Shown piece after piece: positions 37,391 through 51,115 of a DNA stretch of 64,000 bases. A program made the translations under genes and the position numbers. The DNA lies in the NCBI RefSeq assembly GCF_001194135.2, contig NC_068981.1, positions 16,885,792 to 16,949,791 of the forward strand, written 5' to 3'. Every line of letters begins with the position of its first letter. Position 1 is the first letter of the stretch. The notes beneath the pieces were generated by a model. That model had not been told where the DNA came from. It made no database searches and worked only from the letters and a program-made list of their open reading frames with translations. This DNA is from Octopus bimaculoides (taxonomy: Eukaryota).

Positions 37391-38650
37391 AGTGGTGCTG
37401 TGTTCCTTGGTTTTTACACGGTCAAATGATTCTAGTTAGTTCTATATGAAGAATAGTGATTTTTCCTGAGTGGTAGATTGGGAATCAGCGTATGTGAATT
37501 TCTTGGGCAACAATCTATGTAAAAATAAGTGTGTTTGGTAATTAGAAGAAAAATAATTAAAAGAAAGCTCGTAGAAACATTTTAATTTGTTTCCATGATT
37601 AATCTTCTAGTTTTGCTCTTGCAACTTGGAGCTGTTACAGAACATTACATCGCACACCACAGAATAAAATTAGGTAGGAAAATACAAGAGGAAAATACAT
37701 ATATATCTTATAAAATTCCACACAAAAATACAAATTTAATTACAGAAACCATACTTATATTGTTATGCAATACCAGATTTAACACGTAATGTCACACATC
37801 GAAAAATTGACACAACGTTGCTGATGTGAAAATAAATCTAATCTAACTGTGAAAATTAGACCGCACTGCACAAATCATCACGTGACTGTTCATGTATGAG
37901 CCTAAGAATCCAAAAAAACCTTTTGCGAGTAAGTCTACACGAATTGAATTAGGATTTAAGAAACAACACAAACGTCAAATGTATTCAGTTGTTAACAATG
38001 AGGTTGGGGAAGTCTAAAAACGTTGAATATGGATTTCAGAACACTTTTGTTTCAAACCAACAATAAATATGATTATAGGAATACCTGAATTATATAAAAA
38101 TAAAAAAGATAAAACTTGAACATAGTAGTGTATTTTTCGTGTATCTTATGAAACACGTATATAATCGTATGCACTAACACACGCTCACACACTCACTCAC
38201 ACATACATGTATACGTAGGTATGGATGGAAAGATAGATGGATAGATGTATAAATGGGTTTTATTTCATGAAAACACAAAGTTCTTTAGCTACAAACAGCT
38301 TACGGCAATCCCAACCTGATATATAGAATTCGAAACTTTATGTACTAATAAGCCTTAGTTTACAAGCAAACAGTTCAATAGGAGTACCATACACATACAC
38401 ACATGCACGCATTCTGCCCCCCCTCCCCACACACACAGAGCTATTCACTTACATGAAGAGAATTTACAACAAAAATACACAATTAAATCCCACCTAAGTT
38501 ACAGCCATTATCTCCACGCATAGTACAAACCAAATATCTTGAAAAATAAAGCAAAAAAAAACACTAAGAAAGCCAAGGAAGACAAAAGCCATTCTCAACC
38601 TTTCACTTATAATACATACATGCGCGTGTCTGCGCGTTTGCGCATGAACA

Positions 38651-38733
<83 letters not shown>

Positions 38734-39583
38734 NNNNNNNNNNNNNNNNNNNNNNNNNNNNNNNNNNNNNNNNNNNNNNNNNNNNNNNNNNNNNNNNNNN
38801 NNNNNNNNNNNNNNNNNNNNNNNNNNNNNNNNNNNNNNNNNNNNNNNNNNNNNNNNNNNNNNNNNNNNNNNNNNNNNNNNNNNNNNNNNNNNNNNNNNNN
38901 NNNNNNNNNNNNNNNNNNNNNNNNNNNNNNNNNNNNNNNNNNNNNNNNNNNNNNNNNNNNNNNNNNNNNNNNNNNNNNNNNNNNNNNNNNNNNNNNNNNN
39001 NNNNNNNNNNNNNNNNNNNNNNNNNNNNNNNNNNNNNNNNNNNTATATATATATATATATATAGTCCTTGGGTCGATATTTTTTCAACGAAAACGCTTCA
39101 AGGCGATGCCCCAGCATGGCCGTAATCCATAAAATGTAAATTGTTGCATCAATAATGAAGCAACGTTGGATCATCTCACTACACAACTAGCTTCATCAAA
39201 CATATCTGGAAAATATACATCGAAACATCACTTCTAAGATCGAAATCAGAAGATGATATCGGGTTATGTATTTTTTATTGTTTGGTGGGTTTTCTAATAC
39301 TATATATACACAACGTTTTGGTACGTTGATAAAGGTTTTCGAGTAAGGTAAAACACGTGAAGTAGAAATATTCTGCTGTATCTAGTCTTTTGGCAGACGT
39401 CAAGTACTAAAATAATTATACATAATGATGCAGACGTTACAATAGAGACATTTTTCTGACGATTTAGTATATTCCTAAACGTACAATAACATTGGTTGCC
39501 TCCAGCGTCACCATCGTATGAAAGGGAATGCAGTAAACGTATCCATATTGTTCTTAGTTTTGATATGCATATATGAGTGTTTG

Positions 39584-39679
<96 letters not shown>

Positions 39680-39800
39680 TTTGCGTGCGTGTGTATATAG
39701 ATATAGAGAGAGACAGACAGACAGAGACTTTCTTATAGACGTATATATAACGGTGATTGTGTTTTTGTACTTTTTTCATTAGAGTAATGTGTGTATTTCT

Positions 39801-41116
39801 GTATGTATGTATGTCATTGATTAGTTTTATTTCAGGATTTCTTGCCAATAGAGATTGAAGGCTCCTTCATTGGAATTTCAACATCAACATCAGGGTATTT
39901 TAGTTTGTATGTATGTCATTGTTCAGTTTTATTTCTAGATTTTTTGCCAATAGAGAAAGATCCGGTTTCTAACCAAGATCCAAGGTTCCTTCATTGGAAT
40001 TTCAACATCAACAGGGTATTTTTGTATGTATGTATGTATGTATGTATGTATGTATATATAAATGTATGTATGTATATAAGCAGATTTGTATGTTTTGTTT
40101 TACGTATGTATTCTCATACATATAGTTGCTTACCTAGACTTGCTCATATATATTTAAATGATAAACTTCTGGAATGTTTTACAGATATTTACAGTTCCAG
40201 GGATGGATCGGATCTGTAGTATTCGAATTAACTTTCTCGTGTCTAGTTTTGAGAAGCCTAATTCCTCAAGATCGGTATATAGGCAGTGTGTTACATATCC
40301 CAGAACCCCAATAATTACAGGTATACGCCTGAACTTGTATTCTGGATAGAGTAACTGCAGATTTCTCAATAGTTCAGCATAGGTGTTCTCTTTTTCACTG
40401 ATCTTCAGCTTTATATTAACATCTGCTGGGCAGCCAATTTCCACAACTCTGCACAGGTATTCTTCTCTATCCCAAATCATTATATCGGGTCTGTTCTGCT
40501 TATATTTTATTGAGGTTTTCACTGGTACATTCCACCAATATTCCTTTTCATTATGAATGGCTATGGTTTCTACCATATTGTGGGTTCTTATTCCTTTGCC
40601 CTCGGGATTATCCTTCCGACGGATTTCAATACAGAGTGTCCTAGCTACGTCATGCCTCTTCGATAGATAGTACCGTTATGACATTTTCAGGCAACTGCTT
40701 ATGATGTAGATGATATCTTCAGCTTGAATTCCACAAAGTCTGCATCGGTTGTCATACTTTACGGCTTTAGCTGCATCTCTATCCCTTTTCTGCATCAGCT
40801 ACTTGGTTGATATTTCCTGTTCCTGGATTGCAAACGCATACCCTTCAAAGTCGGAGGTAGTAATCCGGCTATCGGTCCATGATAAACTGCTTTGATGATC
40901 GATGTTACTATCATCACGGAGCTTTCTAATAACATATTCATGCATAGTCTTCTGCTCATACAGGCTCATCTTTTCATCTGATAATACTTTGCGGTAGAGT
41001 TGTACGACTTCTTTGGAAATGTATTCTAGGTTGTCAGACAAAGAGTGTTGCTCAAGGAGCTGCCTTCTAAGTCTTATGATGTTATCTTCCTCATGTATGC
41101 AAACTTGGTCAAGGAA
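39801..41116 (-). mobile_element. 5'-truncated R4/Dong-like LINE with intact 3' end, flanked by (CATA)n, terminal segment duplicated
   Basis: One frame with two premature stops: EGYAFAIQEQEISTK*, CRLCGIQAEDIIYIISSC, KRHDVA, KQNRPDIMIWD, VVEIGCP, K...Y, IPVIIGVLG; stop at 40154; CATA repeats at both junctions. Confidence 0.9.
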
Positions 41117-43474
41117 GTATGTATGTATGTATGTACGTTCTAGTTTTTGAAATCTTCTTATAAAGAATGATGTGATTTCTAACAAAGATACAATGTTCTA
41201 TTGTTGGAATATAGATAACACATTTGTGTTACATTTTGAACTGGAGAACATTTTTGTGTATTATTACTGTTCCGCTTATAGATTGTATTTGTAATGTGCG
41301 AGTTGGCTGTGATTTCTTTTTCTGAAAACTCTAGCTAATCCACATTGACATTCAGGAATGTACTCTGAAAACCAAGTGCATTAATTATTATTTGTATAAG
41401 TGTGAACTGGCAATTTGTTTATAGAAGCTGTGGTTTCGATGCTGTTCGTAAATATCCTTTTTTCCTCATCAGCACGACAACTACGTATGAGTGTATAAGT
41501 GTATGTATGTATGTATGTATGTATGTATGTATGTATGTATTACGTAGTGTGTGTATGATGTGTGTATGCATGTATTTGTGAAATCACGTGTGTATGCAAT
41601 GCATATTTTATGTGTATAAGTGTGGTATGTTATGTTTGTTTGTGTATATATATTGTGTATACGTACGTATATTGAAGAGATGAATGTATGACTTTTAAGT
41701 ATAAATGTGGACATAAGCAGATATACGTCTGCATGTATATATTTTAAATATGTGTGTTCATGTAATGTATATATATATATCTGATTGTACCTATATATAT
41801 ATGTGTGTATGTGTGTGTCAAGGTGTTTGTGTATGTTTGTGAGTGTATATGTTTACATGACTATGCGTCTGCATTGGCTATAGAAGCCGTGCACTCCGGA
41901 ATATAAGCATACAATGATATAAATAAACAATGTATTTACACCAAATTTCATGAAAGAAGCAAGTCTTTTATCGTATTATATTAACTTGCGGTCATTCTTT
42001 GAGAAATGGAAAGTAAACTGTGTGGTACGTTGAGCAAGTTTATTCTGTGATTTGTAGTCATTGAACATCAGTGTGTTTTGTTGTGCTTGGTAGATTGGTG
42101 GAGAATATCTTACAGTATTAGAATATAATTACTTTCATTAGTACAGAATGTATACATATAGTATTATATAGTAAATAATCAAGCCGTCAATTATTTAAGT
42201 CGTCACAGCGTCGTATTCATTGCTTTACAGTAATCGTTCCTCATTTCTGCACTCTAATATCAAGTTTTCCTAGGTTAACGTTTCAACATTTGGGAGACAA
42301 TGAATGAAGTACCACGTCTGTATGGAGTTGACTCTTCTCTTTTTCAGTTTCTTTTTCTTTTTTCTTTTTTAGTAACTTTGTCCTTTTTGGTCCTTCTTTC
42401 TGGAAAACATTGTTGTGTTCAGACCTGGAGAAATGATCCATGCCAGTTTTATAAATGTCAAAGACACGTTGTATGTCAGGACTGCAGAACTACGACTCCT
42501 ATAAGGCTTAGAGGTACTAGGTTTTCAAAAGAAACACAGGGCTTATAATATTTTGCAAGCTATTTGGAAGGGAAGAAGAAACCTCGGACTGGAAACGTCG
42601 ACTGAAGCCCTCCCTTCAAAGTTGCTGGCCCTATTCCTGCATTAGAAATAACTTCTACTGATTTTTAAAGGAGACTCCAGGAAACGCATTCAGCTAATCC
42701 AGTTCTCAAGCTATAACTCATTTCGTTGACTCTTAAAGGATGAGATGCAATATGGACACCGGCGAGATGTGCACTCACAATGTAAACAGATACAACTCAT
42801 TACCAGCAGTAGGAAATTTCGAAGTCACTATCACCTTTCGTCTTGTAAATATATTTTAACTAATATGACATTTAAAATTTACCCCTGCTGCGTTGTCAGC
42901 TTTTTGTTTTCGACCTATGCATGCATGTATGTATGTGTGTGTGTATATANNNNNNNNNNNNNNNNNNNNNNNNNNNNNNNNNNNNNNNNNNNNNNNNNNN
43001 NNNNNNNNNNNNNNNNNNNNNNNNNNNNNNNNNNNNNNNNNNNNNNNNNNNNNNNNNNNNNNNNNNNNNNNNNNNNNNNNNNNNNNNNNNNNNNNNNNNN
43101 NNNNNNNNNNNNNNNNNNNNNNNNNNNNNNNNNNNNNNNNNNNNNNNNNNNNNNNNNNNNNNNNNNNNNNNNNNNNNNNNNNNNNNNNNNNNNNNNNNNN
43201 NNNNNNNNNNNNNNNNNNNNNNNNNNNNNNNNNNNNNNNNNNNNNNNNNNNNNNNNNNNNNNNNNNNNNNNNNNNNNNNNNNNNNNNNNNNNNNNNNNNN
43301 NNNNNNNNNNNNNNNNNNNNNNNATATATATATATACATATATACGTATATGTATATATGTGTGTGTATATATATGTAAGTATGTATGCATGCATGCATG
43401 TATGTACGTCTGCATTCATACTAGTATGCATGTATTCATGCATGTGAATAAGCGTGTACGTGTGCTTGTGTGCA

Positions 43475-43665
43475 CACGCTTGACAACTGTTGTTGGTTTC
43501 TTTACGTCCTAATAAATTAGCCATTCCGCAGAAGAGCCCGGTAGGATAAGTACCAGACGTAGAAATAAAAGTAATACTTGGGTCAATCTCTTCGACTAAA
43601 GCCTCCAAGCCATTATCCCAGCATGACCGCAGTCCTACGACTAAAACAAGCAAAAAGAATAAGAA
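43475..43665 (+). mobile_element. degenerate SINE family A 3' half
   Basis: CGCTTGACAAC..TTTACGTCC..GGATAAGTACCAG..CCCAGCATGACCGCAGTC..GACTAAAACAAG. Confidence 0.7.
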
Positions 43666-43910
43666 GTGTAATAATGTATTGTCTATATAATACTTTATTG
43701 TAATGTATTTAGTATATTATAGAAGGTATCCTATCATTGTATGACAGTGTACTGCTATACTATGTAGCCGTATTGTAGAACATATATTAATACTGTAGAG
43801 TTATGTACTACTATAACATGTAGAGATATTGATTTCTAACATTCGTAACATAGCATCTAATATATATTGATTTCTCCGAGTCAAGCATATATATATATAT
43901 ATATATATAG

Positions 43911-43974
<64 letters not shown>

Positions 43975-44127
43975 ATTATATATATAGACACAGTAATATT
44001 ATGGTATTTGCTAATAGTATATATACAATAATATTTATTGCATGTGATATCAAAAGTCTTTGAAATTGCTGTAATATTTATTTAGTGATATTAATATTGC
44101 AGTGTTGTGACATAGTAGAATATGTAG

Positions 44128-44145
44128 TAGTAATAATAATAATAA

Positions 44146-44210
<65 letters not shown>
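44128..44210. repeat. (TAA)n grading into (TAG)n
   Basis: Directly visible. Confidence 0.95.
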
Positions 44211-45383
44211 AATTATGTTAATGTAGATCATTGCGCTAGTAATGCAGATGTGATGTAAGCTACTGTATACTTTGGTGGGTTATATGATTATGTAGCACAA
44301 CACAGTGGTAGCTAATATGAGAAGTTTCTTGTTATAATATATAAAGAGTTAACTATTCCACATGAACAGGAAGGTGCAATCTTATAATTCGTCTTTCCTA
44401 TACATGTATATCACATTTAATGAGGTCAACAGCATGCCTCTACATAGACACAAGTCATGTTAGAAATTACATACAAATTACCCTTCTAGTTATGGTTTAC
44501 CATCTCATACAAGGTCAACATTGCTTTCATTTTTTCGGGGTGTATAACAATGGTGCCAACCCATGGTGGAGGATTAGTTTCTAGCTTTAGTTTCTAGTCT
44601 CCGGGTTGAGAATACTCCCCTAATCTCTCCCAGTATTGTCGGAAGCTGTTTAAAGGGCCTCTAACATTCCAGGTAGAGCGGGAAATTAGACATAAGTATT
44701 GACTTCCTTTTTTGATTAAAAGTTTTAAAAACAAGGGTAAGACACATAAGATCATTCAAGTCTTACATAGTCTACAAAGGGAGAGAATTGTCATGGCTTG
44801 AATGAATTTGATCATAGGTACTCTTGGTCAGGTTTGACCTTGGGCTAAATAATACTAACGACAACAGCAACTCAGTTAAAATGTTCAAAGTTACGCAATC
44901 TCGGTTAATCGTTCGCGATGGCATCACACCTACAACAATAAGAGGGAGGAAATGTGCCTCGTGGGGTGCGTTTTGCATATAATACATACAGATTGAAGGA
45001 CCTTATATACGAAATATTGTGAGTTGAGAACATTCAGTTCAGTATGATTCTGCACGATGAGAAGACAAAATTCCAACCGAGAGTCGCTGAAAAGTAACAA
45101 ACATAGGACATAACTCCAATGATACAAGACACAAGAGACTTTGGCAAAATACAAATAAAAGCGACGTAGATTGAAGTGAATAATGTCTTTCAAAGACATC
45201 GATCAGGAAAAAAAGAACGTGACTCTGTTTTATGAGACATTACCAGAAACTACTTCCCAAGGGCAGAGTTTCCTCTAAGTTTAATCACATTTCAAATCCT
45301 ATCAGTTGCTGGGGATTCATAAAACTCAAATAGTTACCACACTGAAGTACTTCTCATACTATCTCGGACGGTGTTGATGCTTG

Positions 45384-45425
<42 letters not shown>

Positions 45426-45454
45426 ATACACAAGCTTTTTAAGGTACATCCAAA

Positions 45455-45670
45455 AGAATATTGGTTTCAAATTTTGGTACAAGGCCAGCAGGCGGTGGCT
45501 AAGTCAATTATATCAACCCAGTGCTTAACTGGTATGTATTTTATCGACCCCCAGTGAATGTAAGGCAAGTCGACCTCCGCGGCATTTGAACCCTGAACGT
45601 AAAGACTGACAAAATGCCGTTAAGCAATTTACCTGGCGCGGTAACGATTCTGCCAACTCGCCCCCTTAAC
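45455..45670 (-). mobile_element. SINE family B
   Basis: TTTTATCGACCCC..AAGGCAAGTCGACCTC.GCGGCATTTGAAC..AACGATTCTGCCAACTCGCC. Confidence 0.82.
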
Positions 45671-45759
45671 ATCCAATAGATTATTATTTGAATGGTTAGC
45701 AAAGCCTCGCTCAAAGGCACAAAACATTCTCCAGCTCACATGCCTTCTGTTTCATCTAC

Positions 45760-46171
45760 TCTTACTCTTTTTACTCTTTTACTTCTTGTTTCAGTCATTT
45801 GACTGCGGCCATGCTGGAGCACCGCCTTTTTAGTTGTGAAAATCGACCCCACGATTTATTCTTTGTAAGCCTAGTACTTATTCTATCGTTCACTTTTGCC
45901 GAACCGCTAAGTTACGTGGACGTAAACACACCACCATCGGTTGTCAAGTGATGCTGGGGGGACAAACACAGACACACAAACATATACACACACATACATA
46001 CATATATATATATATGACGGGCTTCTTTCAGTTTCCGTCTACCAAATCCACTCACAAAGCTTTGGTCGCCCGAGGCTATAGTAGTAGACACTTTCCTAAG
46101 GTGCCACGCAGTAGGAATTAACCCGAACCATGTGGCTGGTAAGCAAGCTACTTACCACACAGCCACTCCTG
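45760..46171 (-). mobile_element. full-length young SINE family A
   Basis: Near-consensus from CTCTTTTACTCTTTTAC to CTTACCACACAGCCACTCCTG. Confidence 0.93.
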
Positions 46172-46660
46172 TTTACTTCTTTTACTGCAACAGCATCTAT
46201 TTATGCCTATCAAAATTATGAACTGCATATTCTCACCTCACAACATCGGAACAATTATATACTCAGATAATCGGCTGGAAACAATGTCAATCTCCTTTAA
46301 ATCACACCCTGTCATTTTACAATTGGTAAAGTAGTCCATTATACGCCTAAATAAGACAGAACGGTTCCCGCTGAAATGTTTTGAGTCATAAATGTCTTTT
46401 TGATCAGGGCTGATATAAGACCCTTAAGAAAAAACACTAGCAGACCGGTGCCATCATCTCTCCTCTTCTTGTTATCACTATTCTGCTTTACCCCATTACT
46501 CCTCCTCGCAGTTCAATAAATACTCACCCAGCCTCTTTTTATTTTTTCTAAGAAATTCACCGCCCTTCAATAGAATTGTACTACCCTTCTATTATAATGT
46601 GTAGTGCTGTTGGTGAATGTAGTAATGCATATAAGCCTAGCAATCAGCTACATCAAACCG

Positions 46661-46900
46661 TTAATTTACGTCTAGATATCTCATTTGCTGTTCGTCCTAA
46701 TAATGTAATACTATGAAACCTTAAATCTTTTCTTTAATTTACGTCTATATATGCCATTTGCTCAATGTCTCCCCCAGCAATTACATACCTGAAAATATTA
46801 GTTTATCCTTTAATTTACGTCTAGTCATTTCATTTGCTTTCTATTCCAACAGTTAGATAACTTAGAACGTTAACTCTGTCCATTTAGTTACATCTACATA
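46661..46900. repeat. diverged minisatellite of about 73-76 bp, 3-4 units
   Basis: TTAATTTACGTCTA..CATTTGCT at 46661, 46734 and 46810. Confidence 0.75.
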
Positions 46901-47089
46901 CAGACTAATTGTGAAGTTCCCTTTACATTGAAATAATATATAATTTTTTAAAATAAAATTTTGTAACAATTTTGTTTTTATCAATTTTTAATATTCTTAT
47001 TTACTACTTTGATATGAATATATTTTTCCGTGCTTATTTACATATTTTAGAAAAGTATTTTCATTTCATGTTCTAAAACATTATTCCAA

Positions 47090-47126
47090 AATTTCCGACG
47101 AAGAGCTCCTCCCGAAACGTCAAATT
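47090..47126 (+). ncRNA. minimal type I hammerhead-ribozyme-like motif
   Basis: AATTT - CCGACGA - AGAGCTCCTCCC - GAAA - CG - TC - AAATT; 5-bp stem I, palindromic ACGT stem III, GUC site; followed by a T-rich stretch and (TA)n. Confidence 0.6.
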
Positions 47127-47207
47127 CTCTTTCTTTCCTTTCCTGTATCACGTCCTCGCGTTGTTGTTTTTTGTTGTGTTTTTCTGGCCGTTTTTCTTTT
47201 TTGAACT

Positions 47208-47250
<43 letters not shown>

Positions 47251-47725
47251 ACTGTCAATCCCAGTAGCCACCTTGGAAAATATCTTATATCTTCATTCTA
47301 TACTTTAATTTCATTCGAAATATCTCTCTTAGCAACCTTTATTAAATTATTCACTTTAAGACGTCGTCGTCGGTGGAGATTGGTTTCTTCTCTGCCTTCT
47401 TTCCCGTTACATTTGTAATATTCTGTAATGGGACTAAGTGTAGATACCTCACAATAGCATTCCGTGTATTCAATAAACGAAAAGAGCGGTACCTCGTTTA
47501 TAACATAGTGAGTTGTGAATCTTCGATTAACTGAGATGTTCCGTATAATTAGTTGAAAATCAAAAACGCTGCAAAACTCTGAAATTTTTCACATTTCAAA
47601 CATCAAACAAGGGAGATAATTTCAATGACGTCAAATTAACCGAAGTTTTTGGAAAACTCTAGCAAAGCAGATAGGAATGGATCTTCGCTATCCCGTAATA
47701 CTATAACATCATTAAAAATGTTGTT

Positions 47726-47817
<92 letters not shown>
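47726..47817. repeat. (TAG)n microsatellite
   Basis: Directly visible. Confidence 0.95.
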
Positions 47818-49659
47818 TTTAAGAGAAGGAATCTGTAGGGAAATATTAAAAGTCGAGAATTAATATTAAAACAAAAGCAGCAATAACGATAATGTAGGAA
47901 TAATCGTAGTGTTCAATGATTTACTGTCAACATCCTTTTAGCCTAAGCTCATTCCATTTTTCGCTTTTAATCTTAAGACCTCGCTTTCAGCTTATTTGGC
48001 TACAAACAATATGAAATTACAGTGTAGGTTAACTAAATTAATCATTTCATATTCTTTCTATTTACGGAGTTTTGTCAATTGTTTACTGCTGAAATTAAAG
48101 AAATTTTCTGTTGTAAAATCATTCTATTGGAGAGACTAAAGGTTAAGTCGAGATTTAAAATTTTTCATCATATGAGATAAATCTTTTAGAAAATAAATAT
48201 GTTGTCTGCAATATTTTAGCAAGTAAAATCAGTTCGGTTAGTCACGTGACAGCCTGTGATCGATGAAAACAAGAGATTGTATGGCATGTCTTATAGATAG
48301 AAATATCAATAAATTAGCCTGGTTTTTGCAGACATTCTACATCGCATACGTCTCAGTATATATGTATTTAGATGAACGTATGCGTTTATAAATGGAGCAT
48401 GCAGTTGTTTATGTATGATATACTTTAATATTATATACGTGTCAATGGAAATTATAATTTATGCATGTGATTATAATAAATATTTTGTTAAGCCTAACTT
48501 ATGCTTAAATCGAATATCCAAACTTAAATAGTTTGGATATTCCAGCCATATGGAAGAAATGTTCTTCGTGTCACGATTCCGACCTTAAACCTTATGCTTC
48601 AAAATCATAAAGTGTCCAAAATGGATTATGTTAACGTACAGTTGTCCATTAATATACATGTGTGGGTTGCTAAATATTTTAACTGAAATGGAATAACATA
48701 TTCTAAATCTCTTATCCTTACTATAACCTCAAATTAAACATTCCAATAACTACAGTATTTTCCCTTATATCAATATTATATGCGATCGTATTGTCAAAAA
48801 ACGTCTTTACCAAGGTGTTGATGTTGGATAAATGACATTTCTGTAGGGAGAGTGTAGACAATAATAGTTATTGTATGCCTCCTGTACGGTGTCTTTTAAC
48901 ATGAGATCTCGGTTGCTGTAAAGCACACAGAAACCATAATGACTATTGCATACAACATGTAAGGCGTCTTTCAATGTAAAAGCTTGCTTGTTGTAAAGAG
49001 GCATAATAGGAATGCAACATCCACAACCGTAGGATCTTTTCCATGGTTCAAAATATCTCTTAGATTTTTAATGTTTTCATAACCGGAACAAAATATTCTG
49101 GCGATGAAAATAAATAATATTAAAGAAAATATGAAAGCAGCTGCTCAAATAATATTTTATGGTTAGTTCAGAGCCGTGAATTCATGCAGAGACTCTAAAT
49201 CTATTGGGAGGAATGAAAGAGTTTATTCCTACAACACGGAAATGTTCGGAAAGCTCGTATATGGATGGAACTTCCGAATATGGAATCCAACGACAAGTTT
49301 GTGGTGCTAAAAACCGTGACCAATCAATGCTACAACACAAATAATAGAAATGGTCAAAAAATAGGCTTGCACTCAGTTACATGAACCGTATAATATCCAT
49401 CTCTCTCTCTACCTCCATCACTGTCTCTCCCTCTCACACACACACACGTATACACACACCCATATACTTTCTCTCTAGCATTGCATATATGCATATATAT
49501 ANNNNNNNNNNNNNNNNNNNNNNNNNNNNNNNNNNNNNNNNNNNNNNNNNNNNNNNNNNNNNNNNNNNNNNNNNNNNNNNNNNNNNNNNNNNNNNNNNNN
49601 NNNNNNNNNNNNNNNNNNNNNNNNNNNNNNNNNNNNNNNNNNNNNNNNNNNATGTATAC

Positions 49660-49711
<52 letters not shown>

Positions 49712-51077
49712 CTGTGTGTGTGTATGTATAAACAGATAGATAGGGAGAGAGAGAAAGAGAGAGAGGCTTTTATTATTTTATAAAAATATTACATTAAGAA
49801 ATATATTGGTAGATACTCCGATACATATTCATATGATTCGATATAGAATAGTATATAAATACAGCTCATATCTGTGGGGGGGGTGTAAACTATACTATAT
49901 TATATAGACTACAATTGAATAATCTAGTATACAATTGTACGTGTTATAGACTATAATTGAATATAATTTAGAATAAATTTGATTAAGAAAGCAACAAATA
50001 TTTAAAGAAATATAAGAGAAAAAAGTGGTGAAGAGAGAAACAGAAGAGCTAATGTTTTTAGTTTAAATCATCTTCTATAATATTTCTAATATAGAGAAAA
50101 TAAAACAAACGATAAAGAAATATATTAAATTATACAGGATGAAGATTCAGTAAAGACATATATATATATTATGAAAAATAAACATATTCCTGAATAGAAA
50201 AATAATTATATAAAATGAAGACATTAATCTTCCTGATTTCATCTCATTTACTACCCTGCCATTTTGAATCAAACTCTATTTTGGTGTGCCTGAAAAACAG
50301 TTTTAATATGAAGACAGTCATTTCTGTAAAAGATTATGCTATAAAAATTAGTTGTGTGTCCCAGAACAGATCATTGCAATTGGCTGAGATACGGACATAT
50401 ACAAACGTTAATTTCTACAACTGTCACCGGAAGTTAAATAAATAATACGCAACGGGAAGGCTCTGTCCGCAAATCTAATAAGTTGTACTAAATTATTTGT
50501 AGGCTCCAATGTTTTCTGTCTTCTCTCTCCTCTCTCTCTCTCAGTCTCACCCTCTCTCAACTGCCACCTTCCCTGTCCGTAATTTCTCTTCTCTCTATTT
50601 CACACTCTCTGCCTGATCACACACGTGCACACGCATATATCCACTCACACGCAGATATATATTTAGATATGCATGCATATATATACATGTAGATAGATAG
50701 ATAGATAGACAGATAGATAGATAGATAGATAGACAGATAGTTATAAATATATAGATATAACTATATATATTATATATATNNNNNNNNNNNNNNNNNNNNN
50801 NNNNNNNNNNNNNNNNNNNNNNNNNNNNNNNNNNNNNNNNNNNNNNNNNNNNNNNNNNNNNNNNNNNNNNNNNNNNNNNNNNNNNNNNNNNNNNNNNNNN
50901 NNNNNNNNNNNNNNNNNNNNNNNNNNNNNNNNNNNNNNNNNNNNNNNNNNNNNNNNNNNNNNNNNNNNNNNNNNNNNNNNNNNNNNNNNNNNNNNNNNNN
51001 NNNNNNNNNNNNNNNNNNNNNNNNNNNNNNNNNNNNNNNNNNNNNNNNNNNNNNNNNNNNNNNNNNNNNNNNNNNNN

Positions 51078-51115
<38 letters not shown>

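Noticed and set aside
39955-40003. Fourth hammerhead-like scaffold (minus strand CCAATGA..AACC/GGTT..GAAACCGG) in the duplicated LINE 3' segment
   Set aside because: Two core substitutions and stem I cannot be closed in register; worth rechecking only on the family consensus.
46661-46900. CRISPR array
   Set aside because: Eukaryotic context, no cas genes, repeats not identical, spacers partly related; kept only as a minisatellite.
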